Assembly (NCBI GenBank): GCA_900549195.1
Contig: URNK01000001.1
Location: forward strand, 1-40,698
Reading direction: 5' to 3'
Length of the DNA stretch: 40,698 nt
From: an uncultured Collinsella sp.
Lineage (GTDB): Bacteria > Actinomycetota > Coriobacteriia > Coriobacteriales > Coriobacteriaceae
The notes under the pieces are model-generated. The model worked only from the letters and a program-made list of their open reading frames with translations. It did not search any database and was not told where the DNA came from. The position numbers and the translations under genes are program-made. Shown here in pieces: positions 18,056-27,058 of this stretch (its first letter is position 1; each line of letters opens with the position of its first letter).

Positions 18056-18959
18056 ACTCACCAGCGAGCAGAGACTCTCGCGCGCCATCGACATCATGGA
18101 GGCCCTCTACGCCGCCGGCGAGAGCGGCATGACACGGACCGAGATTTGCAGTCGCTTTGACATCACGGGGGTATCGCTCGACGAGATTCTCGAGATCGTC
18201 TCGACGCTCGCGGACCGAGAATCGGGCGCGCGCATCATCTGCGAATGCCGCGGCGAACGTGTGGTCCTCACCGGTGACGCCGGGCGTGTGCTACCGCTGC
18301 GCTTGAGTGCCGCCGAGGGCGCTGTGCTCAACCATGAACTTGAATCGTTGGGGATCGAGCCGCATACGGCAGCTCGGATTCGACATGCCCTTCTACCCGA
18401 AGAGCTCGGCTATAACCAGCGCGTCTTTGACACCGTCAACCACGGGTCGCACTGGCAGCAGCTGAGCTGCGCCATTCAGGACGGTGTTCGCTGCCGCATC
18501 TCGTATCGCTCGATGGACGATGCACGGCCACGTGAGCGTCTGGTCGACCCCTTGCGCATTACGGCAAACGGCGACCAAACATACCTGATTGCCTGGGACA
18601 TCGCGGTCGATGAGCAGCGCACCTATCGCATGGATAAAATCGAGGGACTCGCCTTGACGGAAGACTCCGTCGTGCCTCATGCACCGGACGTCACATCCCT
18701 CCACGATTCCCTTGCTCGGACGCAGCGTAGCGCAAAGCTCTTGATGCCATTCGATATGGCGGAGCATCTGGACTGGGCCGGCATCACCCTAATCGAGCGC
18801 AGCGGGGCAGACATGGCAACGGTAACCGTGCATTACGGCTCCGAGCGTTGGCTACTGACCCAGATAATCGCAGCGGGCGGAGCCATCCGCATCTTGGATG
18901 ACCCCGCCCTGTCAAAGCGTCTGTGCGATATGGCAAAAACCCTCGTCTGTCCGCTTTAG
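18042..18959 (+). CDS. HTH-WYL transcriptional regulator, PafC-like
   Basis: PLRLSAAEG, ISYRS...ERLVDP, YLIAWD..EQRTYRMDKI, WLLTQIIAAGGAIRILDDP; overlaps the upstream WYL gene. Confidence 0.85.
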   Translation: MPVRKLTSEQRLSRAIDIMEALYAAGESGMTRTEICSRFDITGVSLDEILEIVSTLADRESGARIICECRGERVVLTGDAGRVLPLRLSAAEGAVLNHELESLGIEPHTAARIRHALLPEELGYNQRVFDTVNHGSHWQQLSCAIQDGVRCRISYRSMDDARPRERLVDPLRITANGDQTYLIAWDIAVDEQRTYRMDKIEGLALTEDSVVPHAPDVTSLHDSLARTQRSAKLLMPFDMAEHLDWAGITLIERSGADMATVTVHYGSERWLLTQIIAAGGAIRILDDPALSKRLCDMAKTLVCPL

Positions 18960-21850
18960 CGCCGCCGCTCGTGGCGTGCACGCCACAGTTGCAGATAGTG
19001 CCCGATCTGCGCCGATTCGATGCGCTGGTAGGAGCTCGTGGGCAGCGACGTTAAGAACTTCTTTCCGTAGCCCTTCGTCACCAGGCGCGGGTCGGCCAGA
19101 ATCAGCACGCCGCAATCGGTCGACGAGCGGATAAGGCGGCCGGCCGCCTGCTTGACCTCGAGCACCGCCTCGGGCAGCGAATAGCGCGCCCAAGCGCGGT
19201 CTTCGCGCAGGTTGCGCTCGCACGAGAGCGGGTCCGTGGGACTCGAGAACGGCAGCTTGGGAATGATGACGCAGCGCAGCGTCTCGCCGCTGGCGTCGAA
19301 TCCCTCCCAGAAGGCCTTAAGGGCAAAAAGCGACGAGGTCGGCTCGTTGATAAACCGGTCGCGCAGGCGACGAGGAGATGAGTTGCGCTGCTGGCAGTTG
19401 AGCTCCAGACCCGCACGGGCCATCTTAGGCTCAACGCGGGCGTACAGGTCTTCCATGTCGCGCCGATTGGTGAACAGTGTGAGCACCGATCCGCCCATGG
19501 CAAGATGGGCGTCGACCAGCACGCGCTCGAGCGCTGTAAGATAGCTCTCACGATCGCGCGGATCGGGGATATCGCCCGCAACGACTACAGCCATGTTCGA
19601 ATCGAAGTCGTAGCTCGAGTCCAAGTGCAGCGACGAGGATGTTGAAGCACCGATGCGATCGAGACCGACCGCGTGGTTAAAGTGTTCAAAGCTTTTGGAC
19701 ACCGTCATGGTCGCCGAGGCAAAGATAGCCGTGTGAACCTCGGGCAGCCACTCGGTTGCCAAGGCCTCGCCAATGTCGATGCGCTCTGCGGTCATTGACT
19801 CTCCGCCGGCACGCAGCCTGCGATTGACCTGCAGCGAATACACGTAGTGTTCATCGGTGCCGTCAATGATGAGTTTGAGGTTCTCGGCCAGCTCGTGCAG
19901 GCGGCGCGAAATATCACCCAGGTCGACAACAACCTCGGGCTTGTCGGCGGCGACGGCTTGCACCAGCGCGTCGACGCTCTTGTCAGCTTGTTCCAATGCG
20001 TCGATGGCAGTGTAGGCCGACTGTAAGAAATCATGCCAGTCGTCAGATTCGCGCAGCTCGGGGCCAATCCATAGATTGGCATTGTCATAACCCCCACGGG
20101 CACGGCGGCCGAGCTCGCGAACGCCATCGAACACGTCGGCGATTGCCATGCTCGCGCGCGCAACCGTCGACGTCGCCTTGGCAGTAAGGCCCAAATAGAG
20201 CGTAGAGCCCTCGGAGGTTGCCAAATCACGGGAGACCTGGCTTAGCGCACCGGTGCTCGAGCCACCCAGGCGCTCAAACAGAACGCGTGATTCGTCCGCC
20301 GACACCACGCGCGCCCACTGACGGCGCGCCTCGCGCTCGATAGAATGAGCCTCGTCGATTACCCAATGACGAATCGGAGGCAAAATCCTGCCCTCGGCCG
20401 CAACATTGCGGAACAGCAGGGAATGGTTGGTGACCACCACATCGGCATGCGCCGCACGACGGCGAGCGCCGTGGACCAAACATTTATCAGGGAAAAACGG
20501 GCAGAGGCGACGAGCACACTCGCGCGAGGCCGTCGTAAAGTCGGGGCGGTTGACGCTGCGCCACCGAATGCCAAGTGAGTCGAGGTCGCCATCGGCTGAT
20601 TGGCAAACGTACGCCATAATGACCGCGACCGCCGTGAGCGTGTCCGCCGGATCGCGCTTGGTGGTAATCTCGACCTGGCCGCGGCTCATGCGCTCAAGCT
20701 TGCGCAGGCACGGATAGTGGTCATACCCCTTGAGAGCGCAAAATGACAGACCACCTTCCAGTTGCTCGGCAAGTTTTGGCAGCTCATGGTACATGAGCTG
20801 GTCGGCTAGATTGTTCGATTTGGTCGCAATACCAACCGTGATGTTGTTACGGTGTGCTGCCTCGGCAAAAGGCACCAGATAGGCCATCGATTTGCCGACG
20901 CCTGTGCCCGCCTCAATTACACGATGAGTGCCCGTGACCAGCGCGTCGCGGACCTCGAGCGCCATCGCGATCTGCTCATCACGCGGCTCGTAAGTGGGAT
21001 ACATGCGATTGACCAGGCCACCCGGCGCATAGTCTGCCTCAATCTCCTCACGACTCGGCATCTTGAGGACCGGTAGTTCGTCGGCGTCCACCCGATCGTC
21101 GGCGCGATCGGCCTTGAGAACGTCAGCACGAGCGGCGCTGAGAGAGAAGATAGAACCAGGGTTCTGCCCTGCCAAGAATGAGAAGATAGGACGATAGGAC
21201 CAAGGCACGTCCGGATGCATGTCGGCTAGGCGCGCCATGAGGCCCTGGGGCAAGTCGGTGAGTGCCACGAGCAACACGCGCCATACGCCACACAGGGCGT
21301 CGACGTCGGCATTGGCACGGTGTGATACCGAGTCACAGCCAAACAGATCGGCCATAAAAGACAGCTTGTGCGAGGCCAGGCGCGGAAGCGCGATTCGCGA
21401 CAGCGCCAGCGAATCGATCCAGATATCGCTCACGTTGACGCCGCCTTTGACCGACTCGATAAATGAGCGGTCGAACGTGGCGTTATGTGCAATCACCGGG
21501 CAACCACCGACAAAATCGGCGAGGGCGGCGACGGCCTCAACGGCCGACGGGGCATCTGCCACATCGGCATTTGTAATGCTCGTGAGCTCGGTAATCTCGG
21601 CGGGAATCAGCTGCTTGGGATGCACGAAGGTATCGAAGCGGTCGATAACCTCGCGGCCCGAAAGACGGGCCGCCGAGATCTCGATCAGCTCGTTGTCCTG
21701 CACCGAAAGACCCGTGGTCTCGGTATCGAGGACAATCACATCTTCCTCGATAAGGCCGAAGGACTGCGTTTTGGCGCGTTCGGCAAGCGTGGCATAGGAG
21801 TCGATGACAAACTGCGGCGTTCCTGACGAAACCGCGTCCTCGATTAGCAT
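18956..21850 (-). CDS. dinG: DEDDh 3'-5' exonuclease fused to a DinG-family Fe-S helicase
   Basis: LDTETTG, HNATFD, HRANAD; EAGTGVGKS; DEAH; Cys cluster YPC...C..RLCP...C; KQAAGRLIRS. Confidence 0.9.
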   Translation of the reverse strand: MLIEDAVSSGTPQFVIDSYATLAERAKTQSFGLIEEDVIVLDTETTGLSVQDNELIEISAARLSGREVIDRFDTFVHPKQLIPAEITELTSITNADVADAPSAVEAVAALADFVGGCPVIAHNATFDRSFIESVKGGVNVSDIWIDSLALSRIALPRLASHKLSFMADLFGCDSVSHRANADVDALCGVWRVLLVALTDLPQGLMARLADMHPDVPWSYRPIFSFLAGQNPGSIFSLSAARADVLKADRADDRVDADELPVLKMPSREEIEADYAPGGLVNRMYPTYEPRDEQIAMALEVRDALVTGTHRVIEAGTGVGKSMAYLVPFAEAAHRNNITVGIATKSNNLADQLMYHELPKLAEQLEGGLSFCALKGYDHYPCLRKLERMSRGQVEITTKRDPADTLTAVAVIMAYVCQSADGDLDSLGIRWRSVNRPDFTTASRECARRLCPFFPDKCLVHGARRRAAHADVVVTNHSLLFRNVAAEGRILPPIRHWVIDEAHSIEREARRQWARVVSADESRVLFERLGGSSTGALSQVSRDLATSEGSTLYLGLTAKATSTVARASMAIADVFDGVRELGRRARGGYDNANLWIGPELRESDDWHDFLQSAYTAIDALEQADKSVDALVQAVAADKPEVVVDLGDISRRLHELAENLKLIIDGTDEHYVYSLQVNRRLRAGGESMTAERIDIGEALATEWLPEVHTAIFASATMTVSKSFEHFNHAVGLDRIGASTSSSLHLDSSYDFDSNMAVVVAGDIPDPRDRESYLTALERVLVDAHLAMGGSVLTLFTNRRDMEDLYARVEPKMARAGLELNCQQRNSSPRRLRDRFINEPTSSLFALKAFWEGFDASGETLRCVIIPKLPFSSPTDPLSCERNLREDRAWARYSLPEAVLEVKQAAGRLIRSSTDCGVLILADPRLVTKGYGKKFLTSLPTSSYQRIESAQIGHYLQLWRARHERRR

Positions 21851-22809
21851 GCAATGCCCGCTCGACGAAGACCCATACGGATCAGACTGTCACAGACCTG
21901 CGGGAACGTCATGTCGTCGGTGTGGCGGATCTCATCCGGATACAGCGACGTATCGGTCATGCCGGGAATGGTATTGGTCTCGAGGATAACGGGGCCGTCC
22001 TCGCTCACGATAAAGTCGCTGCGCGAGATACCCAGGCACCCGAGGGCCTTGTGAGCGGCACAGGCAAGCTCCTGGGCACGAGCGTAGTTCTCGGGTGAAA
22101 TCTGCGCCGGAATGCGATGGATGTCCGTAGGGTCGACATATTTCACGTCCAGATCGTAGAACTCGCAGTCCTCGGGCTTACGAATCTCGACAATCGGCAG
22201 GGCGCGCACGTCATCTTCACCGTATACACCGACGGTGATCTCGGTACCCTCGATGCACTTCTCGACCAGCACTTTGTCGCCGTACTCAAACGCCTTGGCG
22301 ATTGCCGCGGGCAGCTCGGAGGGCTCATGGACCAGGGAAATGCCATAGCTGGAACCGTTGACGGCCGGCTTCACAAAGCAGCGCTCGCCACAAACCTCGA
22401 CGATATGATCGATATCGGCTTCATCGCCCACCTCGAGCGCAAGGCCGGGGGCAACAGGAATGCCCGCCTTGGCGTACAGGAGCTTAGAGACCTCCTTGTC
22501 GGCACCGCAGGCGCTGGCAAGCACGCCCGAGGCCGTGTAGGGGATACCCAGGGTCTCCATGGCGCCCTGCATGGCGCCATCCTCGCCGCCGGCACCGTGC
22601 ATGGCGATAAACGCCACGTCAAAGCCGCCGGTCGCCATGGTTACCATAAAATCATCGGCGGCCGTGTCGAGCAGCTCCACCGAAGTGTAGCCGGCCTCCT
22701 TCAAGGCAACCACGACGTTCTTTCCCGAATTGAGCGAGATCTCGCGCTCAGCGGAATGACCGCCCGCCAAGACCGCTACGTGCATGTTCTCTAGGCTTTT
22801 ACCCGGCAT
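21844..22809 (-). CDS. ddl: D-alanine--D-alanine ligase
   Basis: GGHSAEREISLNSG, HGAGGEDG, VKPAVNGSSYG, FYDLDVKY, ETNTIPGMT; GGAGG RBS. Confidence 0.95.
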   Translation of the reverse strand: MPGKSLENMHVAVLAGGHSAEREISLNSGKNVVVALKEAGYTSVELLDTAADDFMVTMATGGFDVAFIAMHGAGGEDGAMQGAMETLGIPYTASGVLASACGADKEVSKLLYAKAGIPVAPGLALEVGDEADIDHIVEVCGERCFVKPAVNGSSYGISLVHEPSELPAAIAKAFEYGDKVLVEKCIEGTEITVGVYGEDDVRALPIVEIRKPEDCEFYDLDVKYVDPTDIHRIPAQISPENYARAQELACAAHKALGCLGISRSDFIVSEDGPVILETNTIPGMTDTSLYPDEIRHTDDMTFPQVCDSLIRMGLRRAGIAC

Positions 22810-22894
22810 GGGCAGACTCCTCCTCTATAATTTCTGCAGCTGATACCATATTGTAGCGATACCCTCTACGTTTCCCCAAAATCGAAAGGCTTCC

Positions 22895-23947
22895 ATGAAT
22901 CCCAGGACTAAATCTCAGGACATTCGCGACTTGAGCCAAAACGATATTCGCGAGCTCGTGGCCGAACTTGGCCAGCCCGCCTTCCGCGCGAAGCAGCTCA
23001 TCGAATGGGTCTTCGAGAAGAACGTTTGTTCGTTTGACGATATGACCAACCTTCCCAAGGCTTTCCGCGAGCAGCTTAAAGAGGCTTTTGCCTTTGACAC
23101 GCCGACTGAACTAACCAAGCAGGTTTCCAAAGATGGCTCTCGTAAGTATCTGCTCGAGTACCACGACGGCGTTTCCGTCGAGACTGTCGGTATGCCCCGT
23201 CGTAACAAGCTTTCCGTCTGCGTTTCCACCCAGGCAGGCTGCGGCATGGGCTGCGCCTTTTGCGCTACCGGTCTCAACGGCCTCAAGCGCTCGCTGACCG
23301 CTCAAGAGATCGTCGACCAGGTACTTCATGTATCCAACGACTTTGGCGAGCGCGCCACGAGCGTTGTCTTTATGGGCCAGGGTGAGCCGTTTGCCAACTA
23401 CGACGAGGTTCTCAAGGCGCTGCGAATCCTCAACGACCCCGATGGCATCGGTATCGGCGCTCGTCATCTCACCGTCTCTACCAGCGGCGTTATTCCCGGT
23501 ATTCGCAAATTTGCCGACATCCCCGAGCAGTTCACGCTTGCCGTTTCCCTGCATTCCGCCATCCAGTCGACGCGCAACAAGCTCATGCCCGGTGTTAAGA
23601 AGTACACGCTGCTTCGCCTTCACGAGGCGCTTCAGCTCTACACCGAGAAGACTGGCCGCCGCCCGACTTATGAGTATGCCATGATTGAAGGCGTCAACAA
23701 TACGAATCCCGAGATGCAGGCGCTCTGCGACTTCTGCGAGGGAACGTTGTGCCACGTTAATCTGATTCAGCTTAACGACATCGAGGGCAGCCCGCTCAAA
23801 CCGTCGCCGATTCATAAGGTTGAGGATCTTCAGCGTCGTCTTGAGTCCCGTGGCATCGAGACCACGATTCGTAACTCCCGTGGTAACGATATTGACGCCG
23901 CTTGCGGACAGCTGAAGCAGCGCTTCAAAGTTCATAAGAACGCATAG
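22895..23947 (+). CDS. rlmN: 23S rRNA A2503 C2-methyltransferase (radical SAM)
   Basis: STQAGCGMGCAFC, FMGQGEP, AVSLHS, DIDAACGQL. Confidence 0.95.
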   Translation: MNPRTKSQDIRDLSQNDIRELVAELGQPAFRAKQLIEWVFEKNVCSFDDMTNLPKAFREQLKEAFAFDTPTELTKQVSKDGSRKYLLEYHDGVSVETVGMPRRNKLSVCVSTQAGCGMGCAFCATGLNGLKRSLTAQEIVDQVLHVSNDFGERATSVVFMGQGEPFANYDEVLKALRILNDPDGIGIGARHLTVSTSGVIPGIRKFADIPEQFTLAVSLHSAIQSTRNKLMPGVKKYTLLRLHEALQLYTEKTGRRPTYEYAMIEGVNNTNPEMQALCDFCEGTLCHVNLIQLNDIEGSPLKPSPIHKVEDLQRRLESRGIETTIRNSRGNDIDAACGQLKQRFKVHKNA

Positions 23948-23965
23948 GGGAGTCGCACTCCAAAA

Positions 23966-23981
23966 CGTTTCATGTGAAACA
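23966..23981. promoter_or_regulatory. Degenerate parS site
   Basis: CGTTTCATGTGAAACA; 14/16 match to TGTTTCACGTGAAACA. Confidence 0.75.
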
Positions 23982-23984
23982 TCG

Positions 23985-24030
23985 AACGACCCCGGTTGCA
24001 AAATATGCAACCGGGGTCGTTTCATTTATT
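23985..24030 (+). terminator. rlmN intrinsic terminator
   Basis: AACGACCCCGGTTGCA/TGCAACCGGGGTCGTT 16-bp stem followed by a T-rich tail. Confidence 0.8.
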
Positions 24031-24077
24031 GACCTTAATTTTGAATCAGCTGCTATCTGTCCCATTTTTTACGGCCA

Positions 24078-24117
24078 AAATAAGGGGTCCTTGTCTCATG
24101 AAACAGACAAGGACCCC
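24078..24117 (-). terminator. parAB operon terminator
   Basis: GGGGTCCTTGTCT/AGACAAGGACCCC 13-bp stem with an A-rich left flank. Confidence 0.75.
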
Positions 24118-24147
24118 CTCAGAATATGCTGAGTAATTGTTAGGTAC

Positions 24148-24402
24148 CTAATAGCCTACATTTTCCCATTGGTCGCTAACCCAACCTTGATTAATCTTGG
24201 GATTCTTCGTTACCTGAGCAGTACGCATGGCAACATCTTCCGTCATAACATCCATTTTCTTCTTGGAAGTATCGACGATATCTTGCGCACCACGAAGCAA
24301 ACGACCTCGAAGCTCATCGTCTGTCGCGATCTTATAGCCAGCAAAGGCACCAGCCGCGACAGTCGTCGCCAATGCAATCGCAGTTAAAATCTTATTCCTC
24401 AT
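24148..24402 (-). CDS. Small protein with N-terminal hydrophobic anchor, overlapping the parB stop
   Basis: 84 aa, MRNKILTAIALATTVAAGAFAGY...; AAGGAGG RBS inside the parB 3' end. Confidence 0.75.
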   Translation of the reverse strand: MRNKILTAIALATTVAAGAFAGYKIATDDELRGRLLRGAQDIVDTSKKKMDVMTEDVAMRTAQVTKNPKINQGWVSDQWENVGY

Positions 24403-25297
24403 CCTGGCCTCCTTGATCAAACTGAATCATTTCGCCAAGAATACGAGAGAGCTCTTCCTCGTCTTTAAACTCAATCTCAATCTTATTCTTTCCACGCGAG
24501 CTCTTCACACGCACGTTGGTATTAAATACCTGACGAAGCACACGGGCAGCCTTTTTAAAAGACTGAGGCGTTGCAGGCCTAGGCGTCTTAGGTGTCTCCC
24601 CGGCAGAAAACAACGGAGCAAGATTTTCTGTCGCTCTTACGGAAAGGCCCTCTGCAACAACTTTCTCTGCAAGTCGAATTCGAGCATCCTCGTAGGGAAC
24701 TGCAAGAATCGCACGTGCATGACCAGCAGTAAGCTTGCCCTCAAAAATCATCTGCTGAACAACTTCGGGAAGATCAAGAAGGCGCAGCGAGTTTGTAATT
24801 GCAGAGCGTGACTTGCTTACCGCCTTCGACAATGCCTCCTGGGTCATACCGCTGGCATCTATGAGCTGGCGATAGCCCTTAGCCTCTTCGACAGGATTCA
24901 GATCAGAACGCTGAAGGTTTTCGATCAGAGCAAGAGCCAGCATCTCATCATCATTAACGTCTTTAATGATGACAGGCAGCTCTTCAAGACCAGCAAGCTT
25001 TGACGCCTGGTAACGACGCTCACCAGCAATGATCTCATAGCCGTTTCCATGCTTGCGAACCAAAAGCGGCTGCAAAACGCCGTGTTCTTGGATTGACTCG
25101 CTTAACTCGCGAAGTTCAGTTTCGTTAAAATGAATTCGCGGCTGATTAGGGTTGGGAACGATATCCTCAATAGGTAGTTTTGTTTCAGATGCGGTATTTG
25201 CAGCCGATGTAGCCGAACCACCGGTCTCATACTCGGCCTCTGAGACCAAAGCATTGAGTCCACGTCCCAATCCGCCACGTTTCTTTACACTAGGCAC
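24392..25297 (-). CDS. parB: Chromosome partitioning protein ParB (Spo0J)
   Basis: GLGRGL N-terminus, PNPNQPR, GVLQPLLVR, IIAGERRYQA, ENLQRSDL, HTH region. Confidence 0.97.
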   Translation of the reverse strand: MPSVKKRGGLGRGLNALVSEAEYETGGSATSAANTASETKLPIEDIVPNPNQPRIHFNETELRELSESIQEHGVLQPLLVRKHGNGYEIIAGERRYQASKLAGLEELPVIIKDVNDDEMLALALIENLQRSDLNPVEEAKGYRQLIDASGMTQEALSKAVSKSRSAITNSLRLLDLPEVVQQMIFEGKLTAGHARAILAVPYEDARIRLAEKVVAEGLSVRATENLAPLFSAGETPKTPRPATPQSFKKAARVLRQVFNTNVRVKSSRGKNKIEIEFKDEEELSRILGEMIQFDQGGQDEE

Positions 25298-26090
25298 GCT
25301 TGATCACCTCTTTTGCAAGGTTCATATACGCTTTTGCACCCTTATTTTGAGGTGCATAGGTAATTACCGGTTCTCCAAAAGACGGAGCTTCGGAGATTTT
25401 AACCGTACGGGGGATCAACGTCTTAAACGCCTTATCACCAAAGTACGATTGAACCTCCTCAACAACCTGATTCGATAGAGAAGTACGCGAGTCATACATG
25501 GTCATAAGCACACCATAGGTGTCTAAGCCCTTGTTCAGACGTGATTTGACCATCTTCATTGACTCAAGCAGCTTCGTAACGCCCTCGAGTGCATAATACT
25601 CGCATTGGATCGGAATCAAAACGCTGTCTGCTGCGGTCAAGGCATTGATAGTAAGCAGGCCGAGCGAAGGGGGACAGTCAATGAAAATAAAATCGAACTC
25701 GTCCTGAATCGGCTCAAGCAAATCTTTGAGGCGGGTTTCACGAGCGATTGCGCTTACGAGCTCAATTTCCGCGCCTGCAAGCTGAATTGTAGCCGGAATA
25801 ACGAATACCTTTTTACAATTTGTATCAAGAACAAGTGATTCTGCCGGCACATCATTCAACAATGCATCATAAATGCAGTGGTCAAGGTCTTCTTTTTCAA
25901 TTCCAAATCCGCTGGTGCTGTTTCCTTGCGGATCAAAATCGACAATCAGCGTCTTACGACCCTGCTCACCCAGTGCTGCTGCAAGGTTTACAGCCGTCGT
26001 TGACTTACCGACGCCGCCTTTTTGATTGATGATTGCAATAATACGCGTGTCTTTTGCGCTCTTAGAACGCTTAACGTCGCGAAATCCCAC
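25290..26090 (-). CDS. parA: Chromosome partitioning ATPase ParA (Soj)
   Basis: NQKGGVGKSTT, DFDPQGN, IDCPPSLG, QCEYYALEG, EAPSFG. Confidence 0.97.
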   Translation of the reverse strand: MGFRDVKRSKSAKDTRIIAIINQKGGVGKSTTAVNLAAALGEQGRKTLIVDFDPQGNSTSGFGIEKEDLDHCIYDALLNDVPAESLVLDTNCKKVFVIPATIQLAGAEIELVSAIARETRLKDLLEPIQDEFDFIFIDCPPSLGLLTINALTAADSVLIPIQCEYYALEGVTKLLESMKMVKSRLNKGLDTYGVLMTMYDSRTSLSNQVVEEVQSYFGDKAFKTLIPRTVKISEAPSFGEPVITYAPQNKGAKAYMNLAKEVIKRA

Positions 26091-26129
26091 GGTCCCTCCT
26101 GGTGTGTATTAAAGCTGTCAAACGGAGGA

Positions 26130-26223
26130 TGTTTCACGTGAAACATTCCGATTCGATATCAACTGCCATGTTTCACGTGAAACATGGCAAGTAATTACTA
26201 TCCATTATGTTTCACGTGAAACA
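26130..26223. promoter_or_regulatory. Three perfect parS sites (26130-26145, 26169-26184, 26208-26223)
   Basis: TGTTTCACGTGAAACA occurs three times between rsmG and parA. Confidence 0.97.
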
Positions 26224-26224
26224 T

Positions 26225-26962
26225 CTAAGCAAGCGGATTCTTCTTTGCCATGCCATTTGCACGAGGCAATGAAACGGATGCTGGATGACTCTTCTTAAGA
26301 ACAATGAACTCCCTATGGCCCAAGCCCTCAGGCAAATCGATTGTGTCATTCAGAAGCAAAGTGAAGCCGCAAATCTTAGCTGCTGACATGCCGGAAGCAA
26401 GCTCCTCATCCGATGGATTGCCCTTCGTGATAACAAATAGCCCTCCATCCTTAAGGTACGGAGCCGCATACTCAACAAGAATCGGTAGAGGGGCGAGTGC
26501 GCGAGCGGTTACGACAGAGAACTGCTTCTTATGGCTTCGAGCATATTCTTCAAGACGATCATGAACCGCATGAGCATGTTTCAATCCCAGAGCATGAACA
26601 AAAGAATTGCAAGCATCAACCTTCTTGCCAACAGAGTCAATATAAGTAGCTTTACGATGCGTGGTTATCGTTAATGGAATACCAGGAAAACCCGCACCTG
26701 TTCCCATATCGAGCAAAGCCCCCTCAGGAGCCTTATTGATATAAGGAAGCAAAACAAGCGAGTCAAGAATATGAAGTACTGCAGCATCTTCTACGTTAAG
26801 AATACGGGTGAGATTGGTTGTCTTATTTGTTTCCAGAACCAAATCCAAATGCTGAATACATTTCCTTAGCTCAGCATCATTTACGCTCAAGGAATATTCT
26901 TCGCAATAGTAAGTTAGACGGCTCAGCATCTCTTCAGCCTGCTGATCAGTAAGTACAAACAA
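26225..26962 (-). CDS. rsmG: 16S rRNA m7G527 methyltransferase
   Basis: TNLTRI, HILDSL, DMGTGAGFPG, VTARALA; start uncertain (TTG 26962 after AAAGGTG, or ATG 26929). Confidence 0.92.
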   Translation of the reverse strand: MFVLTDQQAEEMLSRLTYYCEEYSLSVNDAELRKCIQHLDLVLETNKTTNLTRILNVEDAAVLHILDSLVLLPYINKAPEGALLDMGTGAGFPGIPLTITTHRKATYIDSVGKKVDACNSFVHALGLKHAHAVHDRLEEYARSHKKQFSVVTARALAPLPILVEYAAPYLKDGGLFVITKGNPSDEELASGMSAAKICGFTLLLNDTIDLPEGLGHREFIVLKKSHPASVSLPRANGMAKKNPLA

Positions 26963-27008
26963 CAGAAGCACCTTTCTGACAAAAATCAGTGTATCGAGAA
27001 CTTTTGAC

Positions 27009-27040
27009 AAAAAAAGGGGACGTGGAAACCACGTCCCCTT
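27009..27040 (-). terminator. Terminator after jag
   Basis: AAGGGGACGTGG/CCACGTCCCCTT stem with an A7 tract on the plus strand. Confidence 0.8.
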
Positions 27041-27058
27041 AGCATAAGCTCGAGTAGA

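Noticed and set aside
17033..21850. WYL + DinG as a type IV CRISPR or defence island
   Set aside because: No Cas7/Cas5/Cas6-like ORFs or array; DinG is coupled to housekeeping ddl and composition matches the core genome
21844..22809. ddl as a van-type D-Ala-D-Lac ligase
   Set aside because: Omega loop ends in KY as in D-Ala-D-Ala ligases; no vanH/vanX/vanRS context
22895..23947. Radical-SAM methyltransferase as the resistance gene cfr
   Set aside because: Core chromosomal context, host-like codon usage and no mobile features; RlmN is more parsimonious, though a phylogeny would be decisive
26130..26223. Regularly spaced palindromic repeats resembling a mini CRISPR array
   Set aside because: The repeat is the 16-bp parS consensus beside parAB; too short for CRISPR and no cas genes
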